From Planctomycetota bacterium (GTDB taxonomy: Bacteria > Planctomycetota > UBA11346): a stretch of DNA of 64,000 bases. Under the pieces are notes generated by a model. The model saw only the letters and a program-made list of their open reading frames with translations. It did not search any database and was not told where the DNA came from. This document shows, piece by piece, positions 9,828-19,775 of this stretch (positions are counted from its first letter, which is position 1; each line of letters starts with the position of its first letter). The DNA is taken from positions 53,899 through 117,898 of the forward strand of contig JBBRLJ010000012.1 in the NCBI GenBank assembly GCA_038231435.1. Direction: 5' to 3'. The translations under genes were made by a program, and so were the position numbers.

Positions 9828-11273
9828 ATGGTCTTGCCAGCGCCGCTCGTGCCGCTGAACGAATCCGCGCTCATCGACGAGGCCGCGGTGGCCCTGGGCC
9901 AGGATCTCGGCGTGCTGATGGAGCGCGCCGGCGAGGCGCTGATGCGCGAGGCGTCGCGGATGGCGCCGACCGGCCGCATCCTGGTGGTATGTGGACCGGG
10001 CAACAACGGCGGCGACGGCTACGTGTGCGCTCGCCTGCTCGCCGAGGCCGGGCGCGAGATCAGCGTGTGGGCGGTGATCGCGCCGCGCAGCCCGCTGTGC
10101 GAGCGCCAGGCGAAGCGGCTGCCGGATACGGTCACGCGCCTCACCGGCGTCCCGTCGGAGACCCCGTCCCTGATCGTCGACGCCATCCTCGGCGCGGGCA
10201 CGCGCGGCCGTCCCCGCGATCCGATCGCGAGCGCGCTGACCGCGCTCAAGGGGCTGAAGTCCCCGGTGCTGGCGTCTGACGTCCCGAGCGGGCTCGGCAC
10301 CGATCTGATGCTGCCCGCGACCCTGACCCTGTGCCTGCAGGTGGCCAAGCTCGAGTTGCTGAAGGTTCCTGGCGTCGGAGAGTTCAAGACGGTCGACATC
10401 GGGGTGCTGCCAGCGGCCTACCAGGATGTCCAACCCAGCTGCATGCGCCGCTTCCCGCCGCTCAAGCGTACCGGCCACAAGGGCACCCACGGCGAGCTGC
10501 TGGTGATCGGCGGCGGCGTCTTCCCCGGCGCGCTCGAGTTCGCCTGCCGCGCGGCGGTGATGACCGGCTGCGACATGGTGCGCGCGTGGACCGCCGAGGG
10601 CCCGAAGCTGCCGCCCGGCATCGTCGTCCACCGCCAGCAGGGCTCGTCGCTCTCTCCCGCGGATCCCGAGCAGCTGACGCCGATGCTGGTGCGCGCGAGC
10701 GCGGTGCTGATCGGGCCGGGAATCGGCCGCGAGGCCGGCTGTCCCGAGGCCGCACAACAGGCGTGCAGCCTGGCGCTCGAGATGGGCGTGCCGGTGATCC
10801 TCGACGCCGACGCGCTCACCGCCTGCGCCGACATGATCCGCGACCTGCCCGAGGGCGACGCGCGCATCCTGCTGACGCCGCACCGCACCGAGGCGCGCAA
10901 CCTGATGGGCGTCGCCGCGACCGAGGAATCCCTGCACGCCTTCGCTCGCCCCGATCGCGTGCTGCTGGCCAAGGCCCCGGTCGATCTGGTCACCGATGGC
11001 TGGCGCTGGCAGCGAAATCCGCGCGGTAATCCACGCATGGCGGTGGGCGGCACCGGCGACATCGTCGCCGGTCTCGCCGCCGGATTCATGGCGCGCGGCG
11101 CGGCGCCCTTCGACGCCGCGCGCATGGCGGTGCTGTGGATCACCACCGCCGCCGACACCCTGTGGCACGAGCAAGGTCCGTGCTACGACTCCGAGTCCGT
11201 GCTCGGGAGACTGCCCGCCGCGCTGCGCTCGTTCCTCGAGCCCCTGGGCATGTGGCCTCCCGTCACTGGGTGA
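9828..11273 (+). CDS. nnr: Bifunctional NAD(P)H-hydrate epimerase/dehydratase
   Basis: LMERAG, CGPGNNGGDG, IVDAILGAG, DVPSG (YjeF-N); HKGTHG, GPGIG, LDADAL, LTPH..E, GGTGD (YjeF-C). Confidence 0.93.
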   Translation: MVLPAPLVPLNESALIDEAAVALGQDLGVLMERAGEALMREASRMAPTGRILVVCGPGNNGGDGYVCARLLAEAGREISVWAVIAPRSPLCERQAKRLPDTVTRLTGVPSETPSLIVDAILGAGTRGRPRDPIASALTALKGLKSPVLASDVPSGLGTDLMLPATLTLCLQVAKLELLKVPGVGEFKTVDIGVLPAAYQDVQPSCMRRFPPLKRTGHKGTHGELLVIGGGVFPGALEFACRAAVMTGCDMVRAWTAEGPKLPPGIVVHRQQGSSLSPADPEQLTPMLVRASAVLIGPGIGREAGCPEAAQQACSLALEMGVPVILDADALTACADMIRDLPEGDARILLTPHRTEARNLMGVAATEESLHAFARPDRVLLAKAPVDLVTDGWRWQRNPRGNPRMAVGGTGDIVAGLAAGFMARGAAPFDAARMAVLWITTAADTLWHEQGPCYDSESVLGRLPAALRSFLEPLGMWPPVTG

Positions 11274-11312
11274 ACGTCCGTCGTCGGACAGCTCGACGAC
11301 CGTGCGATCGGA

Positions 11313-12134
11313 TCACGGCTGTGACTCTTCGCAGCCGGTAGTCGACGACGGACGACGGACAACGGACGATGGACCATCCCCCGTTCTCGCCGTTCCTGCC
11401 CTGAACACGTCCTGGTCCTCTCCATGCCGCCCGGCTTCGAGCTTCATGAGCTTCTGGGCTGCTTCGCCCTTGTGCTCCATCACCCAGGCGTCGTAGCAGC
11501 GGATCTGCTCCTCGGCCGGGAGGTCTCCGGGCAGGTCGGCGGACAGCGCCTCGCCGCGCAGCGCGTAGACCGAGGCCGCCACCGAGACCGAGAGGTTGAG
11601 GCTCTGCGGGAAACCCGCCATCGGGATGAGGAAGTGGCCGTCGGCCTGGCTGCTGGCGGCTGCCGAGACACCTGCGGTCTCATTGCCGAACACCAATGCG
11701 AGCGGCTGGGCCGCCAGGCGCTCGCGCAGGTGCTCGGGGCCGATGGTGGCGCCGGCGGACAGGTCGGTGGCGAAGATCGCGTAGCCCAGCGCGCGCAGTT
11801 CGGCGTAGCACGAAGCGATATCGGGATGCACGTGCAGGTCGACGTAGTGGTGGCTGCCCTGGCTGACGCGGCGGTTGACCTTGAAGGCGTTGCGGCCGGT
11901 GGTGACGAAGACTCTGTGGACGCCGAAGGCATCGCAGGTGCGGATGATCGCGGTGGCGTTGTGCGGATCGTGGCAGTCCTCGACCACGATCGCGAGCCGC
12001 GCGGTGCGGCGCGCCAAGACCTGGCGGTATTTGCGCGCGCGCTCGGGGGTGAGGATGCGATCGATGGGATGCGCCGGGATCGGGCTGGGCAGATCCCCGC
12101 CGAAGGCCGCGCCGACCGAATCAGGTCCGCGCAC
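11313..12134 (-). CDS. TrmH/SpoU family RNA 2'-O-methyltransferase
   Basis: DPHNATAIIRTCDAFG, LVFGNE.AG, IPMAGFPQSLNLSVS SPOUT motifs; start uncertain. Confidence 0.9.
   Translation of the reverse strand: MRGPDSVGAAFGGDLPSPIPAHPIDRILTPERARKYRQVLARRTARLAIVVEDCHDPHNATAIIRTCDAFGVHRVFVTTGRNAFKVNRRVSQGSHHYVDLHVHPDIASCYAELRALGYAIFATDLSAGATIGPEHLRERLAAQPLALVFGNETAGVSAAASSQADGHFLIPMAGFPQSLNLSVSVAASVYALRGEALSADLPGDLPAEEQIRCYDAWVMEHKGEAAQKLMKLEAGRHGEDQDVFRAGTARTGDGPSSVVRRPSSTTGCEESQP
11344..11374 (+). repeat. 7-bp tandem array (GACGACG-type)
   Basis: gacgacg gacgacg gacaacg gacgatg gac; same unit recurs at 34367-34384. Confidence 0.8.
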
Positions 12135-12196
12135 GGCTGCTCCAGGTGTCGGTGTCCCACGGGAAGCGGTGCCGCGCGGGAGCGATCACCGACGGC

Positions 12197-12505
12197 TCAC
12201 TCACAGACGACCTTGCCGTCCTCGACGCGCACCTCGACGCGCTTGAGCGCATCGCCGTGGCAGGGGCCCGAGAAGCATTCGCCGGTGTCGGCCTTGAAGG
12301 CGGCGCCATGGAGCGAGCAGCGCAGCTCGTTCGGGCCGCTCTTGCATCGCCCATCTCCCCAATCGAGCCCGACGCCGACGTGGGGGCACGAGTTGCGGTA
12401 GGCATGGACGGTGCCCTGCTCGATCACCAGGATGACCTCGAAGCCGCTCGGGTGCTTCACGGTGATCTGATCGAAGTCCAACGACGGATGCAGCACGATG
12501 GCCAT
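12197..12505 (-). CDS. Rieske 2Fe-2S ferredoxin
   Basis: CPH..G and CSLHGA.F...G.C..GP Rieske motifs. Confidence 0.92.
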   Translation of the reverse strand: MAIVLHPSLDFDQITVKHPSGFEVILVIEQGTVHAYRNSCPHVGVGLDWGDGRCKSGPNELRCSLHGAAFKADTGECFSGPCHGDALKRVEVRVEDGKVVCE

Positions 12506-12663
12506 GTCCGATGGTAGCGCCCGCGGGACGGCGTCGAGGCTGGCCCCGCTGCTGCCCGGCTGCTGCCCATCGGAGGGGCGCCTGTGGGAACTGCTGCCAT
12601 CGGAGCTTTGCAATCGTTCCAGCACCGCGATAAACGGCCTCCCCCATCGTGCCGAGGTACTCC

Positions 12664-13506
12664 ATGCGCTCATCTTCCATCTGCGCCGCACTCACCGCAT
12701 TCGCGCTGGCTACCGCCTGCAGTTCGCGCGACGCGGGTCTCAACCTGATGTCGCCGCAGGAGGAGAACACCATGGGCACGCAGGCCTACGCCGAGGCGAA
12801 GACCAAAGAGAAGCCCTGCGCCGATGCCGCCACCGTGGCCTTCGTGAACCGCGTCGCGCAGCGGCTCGAGAAGGTCGCGACCCCGATGGAACCGAAGGGC
12901 GGCGATTTTGCGTGGGAGGTGTCGGTGTTCGAGTCCGACACGGTGAACGCCTGGTGCCTGCCCGGCGGCAAGATCGCGGTCTACACCGGCATCCTGCCGT
13001 ACGTCGAGAACGAGGCCGCCCTGGCCGCGGTGCTCGGGCACGAGATCACCCACGCGCTGAAGCGCCACGGCGGCCAGCGCATGACCGATAACGCCATCGC
13101 CGGTGTCGTCGGCCAGGGGCTCGGCGCATTCCTGCAGGCCAAGGGCGTGAATCCGACCACCGGTAACGTGGCGATGGCGGCCTTCGGGGCCGGCGCGCAG
13201 ATCGGCGTGATGCTGCCGTTCAGCCGCGGCCAGGAGACCGAAGCCGACGAGGTCGGCCTGCAGCTGATGGCGCGCGCCGGCTACGACCCCCAGGAGGCGG
13301 TGAAATTCTGGGACCGCTTCGCCAAGCTCGGCAACGGGGGCACGCCCGGATTCCTCAGCGACCATCCACAGTCCGCCGACCGTTCGGCGAATCTGCAGAA
13401 GCATCTGCCCGAAGCGCAGCAGCTCTACCAGGCCGCGCCCGAGAAGCACGGTGCCGGCGAGCAGGTGCCGCCCGCTTTCCGCCAGATGAAGGCCCCAGCG
13501 AAGTGA
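12664..13506 (+). CDS. M48 family zinc metallopeptidase lipoprotein
   Basis: Lipobox LATAC; NAWCLPGGKI.VYTG, LGHEITH, FSR.QE.EAD..G, GYDP, LSDHP. Confidence 0.92.
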   Translation: MRSSSICAALTAFALATACSSRDAGLNLMSPQEENTMGTQAYAEAKTKEKPCADAATVAFVNRVAQRLEKVATPMEPKGGDFAWEVSVFESDTVNAWCLPGGKIAVYTGILPYVENEAALAAVLGHEITHALKRHGGQRMTDNAIAGVVGQGLGAFLQAKGVNPTTGNVAMAAFGAGAQIGVMLPFSRGQETEADEVGLQLMARAGYDPQEAVKFWDRFAKLGNGGTPGFLSDHPQSADRSANLQKHLPEAQQLYQAAPEKHGAGEQVPPAFRQMKAPAK

Positions 13507-13539
13507 CGCGCTGGCCTGTCGGCCGCTGATCCTTGTCCG

Positions 13540-13581
13540 TCGTCGCTCTCCGCTCTCCGCTTTCTGCGTTGAGCTTTCCGC
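13540..13581 (+). repeat. 7-bp degenerate tandem array (TYTCYGC-type)
   Basis: tcgtcgc tctccgc tctccgc tttctgc gttgagc tttccgc between convergent genes. Confidence 0.7.
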
Positions 13582-13590
13582 TCCGTGTCC

Positions 13591-13983
13591 TCAGTGCCCA
13601 GCGGGCGCAGGCACCGGCGCGGCCTTCGGCGCATCCACCTTCGCGTCCGTTCCCGGCTTGGCAGCGGCCCCCGGTGCCGTGGCGGACTTCGCGGCAGCGG
13701 ACTCGGCCGCGTCGAGCTTGGCCAGGTACGTCGCGGGGTCCTTCTTGAAGTCGTCGATGCAGCCCTTGCAGCAGAAGCGCACCTCGCGTCCCTCGTGGTC
13801 GTAGACGACCGCGTCACCCATGTCGGCGCCGAGCTTGTCGCCCGAGACCACGCAGGTGTCGAGCGGATACGGCTTGGCGACCTTGGCGGGCGCAGGTTCG
13901 ACCGGCGCCGGCTTCTCGACGGCGAGCAGGGGCAGGAACGAGGCGGCCGCGAACAGCGCGACGGCGAGCAGGGGGGTGCGCAT
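13591..13983 (-). CDS. Secreted YHS/TRASH-like putative metal-binding protein
   Basis: Signal peptide; YPLDTCVVSGDKLG..MG...FCCKGC...F.KDP..YL.KL. Confidence 0.8.
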   Translation of the reverse strand: MRTPLLAVALFAAASFLPLLAVEKPAPVEPAPAKVAKPYPLDTCVVSGDKLGADMGDAVVYDHEGREVRFCCKGCIDDFKKDPATYLAKLDAAESAAAKSATAPGAAAKPGTDAKVDAPKAAPVPAPAGH

Positions 13984-14135
13984 GATGTGGGCTCCAATAG
14001 GCGTGGCGGTCTACAGGAAAAGGTAGCCACGCGGGGCCTTGTTCCAGACCGGCATCGCGTCGATCGCGAGGAATACGGCGTAGAAGACGCCCCACAGTAG
14101 GTGGCTGGCCGCGCCCTCACGATAGGATCCATGCG

Positions 14136-15290
<1,155 letters not shown>

Positions 15291-15495
15291 CGGCAGTGGT
15301 CGTACTTAGATCATAGCAGTAATTGCGGCACCTCGATCGGAATCGGCGCCGCACACAGGCTCGGCGATCGACCCATTGGCACAGGCACAAGATAAGTTAA
15401 ATCAATGTTTTATATTGTATTTAATGCGCGTTCTACGGCCCGTTGCCAATCGTCAATCTATCGGCATTTGTTCTCGTACCTGATGAAGAACCGAT

Positions 15496-16332
15496 ATGGT
15501 CTTTGCCCCCGCGCCGTACGATCGGCGGCAAGGTCCCTGGAGGTGTCTCATCCGAGATTCAATCCGTTCGGTAGCCAGGATGGTCGTCCTGGCGTTGCTC
15601 GCGGTCGCTCCCTTGGAGCGTCTCGGCGGGAGCCCGCCGGGAGCCGAGAATCGGACGTACCTGCTCAAGCCGACTCAGGACGATCCCGCCAGCGATCTGC
15701 CGATGTGGGATCCGAACATCCATAGCGACATCGCCCTCGAGCAGCCGCTGGCCGATCCGGCCATGCAACCATCGCCTCAATCGCTCCCATCGAATGGGCC
15801 GGCGTTATTGGCCGACCTGCTTCCCACGGTACCCGCGCCGATGCCGTCGTGGCTCGCCACCTGGGACGGCCGCTCGCCCGCTACCCATCCCTCCCTCGCG
15901 GCGGACCTGAGCAAGCAGTCGCCGGACGCCTACGCCGACTGGCTGCGCTCGATCCTTCCAGAGGGTTGCACGGTCCGCCGCCAGTGGGCCATGGTCACCG
16001 CCTACTGCCCGTGCGCCATCTGCTGCGACGAGCGCACCGGCCGCACCGCCACGGGTCGGCGCACCGACATCCACCCGTACGGCGTCGCTTCCGACTTCAA
16101 CCTGCTGCGCCGTGGCACCAAGCTGCACGTGCCCGGTTACCTCACCGAGTCCACTGTCGGCGGCATCTGGCCGGTCGACGACACCGGCGGCGCGCTGCGT
16201 CGCTCGCATGCCCGCGGCGTGCTGCACATCGACGTGCGCTTCGTCTCCCACGATTGGGCCGAACGCTGGGGCACCCGGAAGATGTGGATCTACGTCGTCA
16301 GCGGGCCGGTACAGGTCAACGAGGCGCCCTGA
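15496..16332 (+). CDS. 3D (Asp-Asp-Asp) domain protein, putative cell-wall lytic transglycosylase-like
   Basis: VTAYCPCAICC...TATG...GVASD...GTKL.VPGY...DDTGGA...IDV; hydrophobic N-terminal segment; start uncertain. Confidence 0.8.
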   Translation: MVFAPAPYDRRQGPWRCLIRDSIRSVARMVVLALLAVAPLERLGGSPPGAENRTYLLKPTQDDPASDLPMWDPNIHSDIALEQPLADPAMQPSPQSLPSNGPALLADLLPTVPAPMPSWLATWDGRSPATHPSLAADLSKQSPDAYADWLRSILPEGCTVRRQWAMVTAYCPCAICCDERTGRTATGRRTDIHPYGVASDFNLLRRGTKLHVPGYLTESTVGGIWPVDDTGGALRRSHARGVLHIDVRFVSHDWAERWGTRKMWIYVVSGPVQVNEAP

Positions 16333-16369
16333 GCCCGGCTGTCAGCTGGACCCAGGGCGCCCAGCCGCT

Positions 16370-16798
16370 TCAGGTCCTTGGCAGCGAATCGGCGATCGGC
16401 GTGGTCGACAGGTAGGCGATGACTGCTGCGACGTAACACGACAGACCGCCGACCACCAGCAGCAGCTCCCAGACGAACCATGCGGTCTTGCGGTTGCGGT
16501 AGGCAATGATCGCCGCCAGCTCCTCGTGCGGATTCGCGCCGATGAACTGGGTCAGCCAGCGGATGCGCAGCGATCCGACCAACGCCGCGACCACGCCCAT
16601 CAGCACCAGCACCAGTCCGCAGATCATCGCCGCGCGAGCGAAGGCTCCGCTCACGGCGATCCTTGGCCCAGAGAAACCGGTGATGGTCAGGGTGAGGGTG
16701 GCGAGCGTCAGCAACAGCTGGGTGCGCGATTGGATCACCGCGAACTGGGCGCTGAGCGCCTTCATCGCCGACGTGGGCGAGCCATGGAGCTCGAGCAT
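16370..16798 (-). CDS. Hypothetical three-TM membrane protein
   Basis: Three hydrophobic stretches, GC-rich third codon positions; start uncertain. Confidence 0.65.
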   Translation of the reverse strand: MLELHGSPTSAMKALSAQFAVIQSRTQLLLTLATLTLTITGFSGPRIAVSGAFARAAMICGLVLVLMGVVAALVGSLRIRWLTQFIGANPHEELAAIIAYRNRKTAWFVWELLLVVGGLSCYVAAVIAYLSTTPIADSLPRT

Positions 16799-16913
16799 GT
16801 GGGCGGCTTCGTCGCTCGGTGGGTGGATGCGGTGCACGCCCGATGCTAGCCGGTGCCCGGGCCGCGGCCAAGCCCGCGTCTTGTCATCCGGCGGATGACG
16901 CAAACATGCGCGC

Positions 16914-19265
16914 ATGCAAAGTACCCGGCTCCTTCCGTTGGTCCCGATGCCGCGTTCGGTGGCCATGGGCGAGGGACGGTACGTGATCGGGGATGCGGCG
17001 TGGCGCACGCATCCGTACGCGCTCGCGCGCTCGTCGATCGCGCACAAGCTCGCCCAGCTCTCGGCAGAGCTGCAAGGTGACGAGAAGATCCCGGAATACT
17101 CGGTGCGGGTCGGGGAACCGGCGAGCGAGGCTCCGCTGGTTTCGCGTCGCGGCGGCTATGGGTTGGCGATCAGCGCGCGCGGCTTGTCATTGCGCGGAGC
17201 TGATGCCGACGGCCTGTTCTGGGGGCTGGTCACCTGCGAGCGGCTCCTACTCGAGAGCGGCGGCAAGAGCCTGCCCGAGCTGGTGATCAGCGACTGGCCC
17301 GAGATCGCCGTGCGCATCCACCACGACGACGTCTCGCGCAAGCAGGTATCGCGCCTGGCTGACTTCAAGCGCATCGTGCGCTTGCTGTCCTCCTTCAAGA
17401 TCAGCCACTACACGCTCTACCTCGAGGACATGCTGCACCTGAAATCGTTTCCCGACATCGGCGAGGGCCGCGGCAAGCTGACGCCCGACGAGGTCGCCGC
17501 GATCGTCCGTGAGGGCGAGCTGCACAACGTCGAGGTGTTCCCGACCTTCCAGCTCATCGGCCATCAGGAGAACCTGCTGGCGCTGCCGAAATACGCGCAT
17601 CTCGGCCGCGCCGTGTTCCAGAGCATGAGCAGCCTCGACCCGGCCAAGCCCGAGGTGCGCGAGTTCCTGATCCGCGCGATCGACGACGTCTGCGCGCTGT
17701 TCCCGTCCAAGCTCTTCGGCATGGGCTTCGACGAGACCCAGGGCGTGGACCGGCAGACCTTCGTGGCCCACGCCAATTGGTGCGCCGAGCAGCTCGCCAA
17801 GCGCGGCAAGACTCCGCTGATGTGGGCCGACATGATCTACAACCATTTCGGCTGCGAGACGCTGCAGCTGCTGCATCCGTCGATCGTCCCGATCAATTGG
17901 ACCTACGAGCCGTCGCTGCCGGTGCCGCACCAGCGCGAGCTCGAAGCCCAGGGCCGTCCGGTGTGGGGCTACGCGGGCTACAACAACTGGTGTGCGTTCA
18001 TGCCCGACTTCGAGCGCGCGAAGGACTACCTATCGACCTGGGCGAAGCAGCTCGAGGGCCGGTCCGACGCTGCGCTCGCCGCGTCGATGTGGGGCGACGA
18101 CGGCTACGAGAACAGCCGCGACCTGTGCTGGAACCTGTTCGCCTACTTCGCCGAGGCGTCGTGGTCGGGACCGGATGCCGACCGAGCATCGTTCGAGCGG
18201 CGCTTCCAGCGCGCCTTCTACGGCGCCGAGCTGCCCGAGCTCGAGCACATGCTGGGTTCACTGGCCAGCCGCCTGTCGCATCCTCCGGGCTGGTACTGGC
18301 GGCTGCACCGCCGCAACGCCAACGCGCTCTTCAGGCTCGCCACCGCGGAGCCTGCGATCGCCGACCAGATGCGAGCCGACGAGCAGGTGCTCGAGGCCGC
18401 GCTGACATCGCTCGGCGCCTCCCGCGCCGCTGCGCGTCGCGAGGCCGAGCACCTCGATCACGTCGCGGTCGGGCTCGAGCGCCTGCTGTCGGTGACGAGG
18501 CGCATGGCCTTCGCGCATCGGCATCTCGCCAATGCTGACCCAGTCGCGCGCGCGCGCGACGGCATGGCGCTCGCCGACGAGCTCATCGCCGTGCGCGACC
18601 GTTACCGCGACGTCTGGCTGCGCCACAACAAGTCCGAGAACGTCGAGGTGTCGCTCGCGGTTTTCGATCGCGTCGCCGACAGCTTCCGCGCCCTCGCGGC
18701 ATCGTCTGCGCGCATGGGTGACAACGCGACGTTCGCGCCGATGGATCTCGGCGAGCGCGCCGACACCTGCTTTCTGGACATCGCCGGGATCCCGATCGGG
18801 ATCGGCGCAGCGCACGGCGTCCCATTCCGCTTTGCCGGCATCGACCGTACCCACGCCAAGCTCGCCGGCTCCAACAAGGTCGTGGGGCTCGGTTTCGAGC
18901 CCGCGTCCCTGCGCGATCTCCATCTCGTCGTCACGGCACCCAAGCCCGCTGACGAACAGCCCATGCCCGCACTGCGAGTGGAACTGTCCTTGCGCGGAAA
19001 GAGCGTGTTCAGCGAGGACCTGTCGCTGATCACCCACTTGTGCGATTGGTGGGCACCGATGGGCGAGCACATGTGGGCGGGCGGCGGTTACACATATGTC
19101 GACCGTTCACGTGTCACCTCGGCGTTCGCGCCCGACTCCTACTACGGACTGATGGACGTCCACGGTTTCGCCATCCCCGAGGGCGTGGTCGCGGACCGGC
19201 TCACACTCACGTCACTCATCGGTGCAGAGATCAACGTCTTCGCGGTGACCCTGGAAAGGCGCTGA
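16914..19265 (+). CDS. Glycoside hydrolase family 20-like (hexosaminidase-type) with C-terminal extension
   Basis: GH20b domain (GLFWGLVT..L...I.DWP), D.SR, Y.ED, FQLIGH, G.DE catalytic pair, WGDDG. Confidence 0.82.
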   Translation: MQSTRLLPLVPMPRSVAMGEGRYVIGDAAWRTHPYALARSSIAHKLAQLSAELQGDEKIPEYSVRVGEPASEAPLVSRRGGYGLAISARGLSLRGADADGLFWGLVTCERLLLESGGKSLPELVISDWPEIAVRIHHDDVSRKQVSRLADFKRIVRLLSSFKISHYTLYLEDMLHLKSFPDIGEGRGKLTPDEVAAIVREGELHNVEVFPTFQLIGHQENLLALPKYAHLGRAVFQSMSSLDPAKPEVREFLIRAIDDVCALFPSKLFGMGFDETQGVDRQTFVAHANWCAEQLAKRGKTPLMWADMIYNHFGCETLQLLHPSIVPINWTYEPSLPVPHQRELEAQGRPVWGYAGYNNWCAFMPDFERAKDYLSTWAKQLEGRSDAALAASMWGDDGYENSRDLCWNLFAYFAEASWSGPDADRASFERRFQRAFYGAELPELEHMLGSLASRLSHPPGWYWRLHRRNANALFRLATAEPAIADQMRADEQVLEAALTSLGASRAAARREAEHLDHVAVGLERLLSVTRRMAFAHRHLANADPVARARDGMALADELIAVRDRYRDVWLRHNKSENVEVSLAVFDRVADSFRALAASSARMGDNATFAPMDLGERADTCFLDIAGIPIGIGAAHGVPFRFAGIDRTHAKLAGSNKVVGLGFEPASLRDLHLVVTAPKPADEQPMPALRVELSLRGKSVFSEDLSLITHLCDWWAPMGEHMWAGGGYTYVDRSRVTSAFAPDSYYGLMDVHGFAIPEGVVADRLTLTSLIGAEINVFAVTLERR

Positions 19266-19336
19266 CGCAAACGCACCGCGCATCCCCGCGTGATGTCCGG
19301 AGCCTGAACGATGGATCATGCCCTCCTCTCCATCTC

Positions 19337-19764
19337 GGGGGCCCCATCGCTGGCGATGGAGCGGGCGCCGAGGGGCGGTCGGCGGATACCATCGGCGCAG
19401 CCGATCCGCCGACGATGTCGTAGCGCAGCGGAGACATCGAGCCCCGACAAAGCCCGTGGGGTAGGCCTTGGTGTTTCGGGGGCGTTGCCCCCGGACCCCA
19501 CGGCCTTTGTCGTCCTTCTTTTTGTCCCTGCGGGCCAAAAAGTTTGCGTGATGGGCTACGCCCATTGTTCACGCAAACCAGGACTCGGCGGCCGAGCGGC
19601 TGCGCCGCCTAAATCCGGAGCGCAGCGACCGGGCGCCGAGGGGCGGTCGGCGGATACCATCGGCGTAGCCGATCCGCCGACGATGTCGTAGCGCAGCGTA
19701 GACATCGAGCCCCGACAAAGCCCGTGGGGTAGGCCCACCGGGCCGTAGGGGCGAAGCCCCTGAA
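19337..19764. repeat. Composite structured repeat: hairpin D + A(+), inverted B, A(+) + terminal hairpin
   Basis: A copies 19363-19467 and 19631-19735 are 105 nt with 2 mismatches; B reversed at about 19496-19592; GTAGgggcGAAgcccctgaa at 19745-19764. Confidence 0.95.
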
Positions 19765-19775
19765 TGAAACCAAGC

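Noticed and set aside
13984..14135. LexA/SOS box upstream of dinB
   Set aside because: No convincing palindrome matching a LexA motif I know.
15375..15402. Chromosomal dif site
   Set aside because: ATAAGTTAAAT resembles the XerD arm, but the XerC arm position does not match.
19363..19467. Hammerhead or other self-cleaving ribozyme for the three-way junction
   Set aside because: The CUGANGA and GAAA core is absent on both strands; linkers are only G and GA.
19363..19735. Two 105-nt direct repeats as a CRISPR array or IS ends
   Set aside because: The repeats are too long, there are only two, the intervening DNA is itself a repeat (module B), and there is no cas or transposase ORF.
19212..19738. 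Small ORFs over the repeat loci (also 26548..26900 and 63753..63995)
   Set aside because: Their similar peptides arise from the non-coding palindromic repeat, with inconsistent starts and frames between copies.
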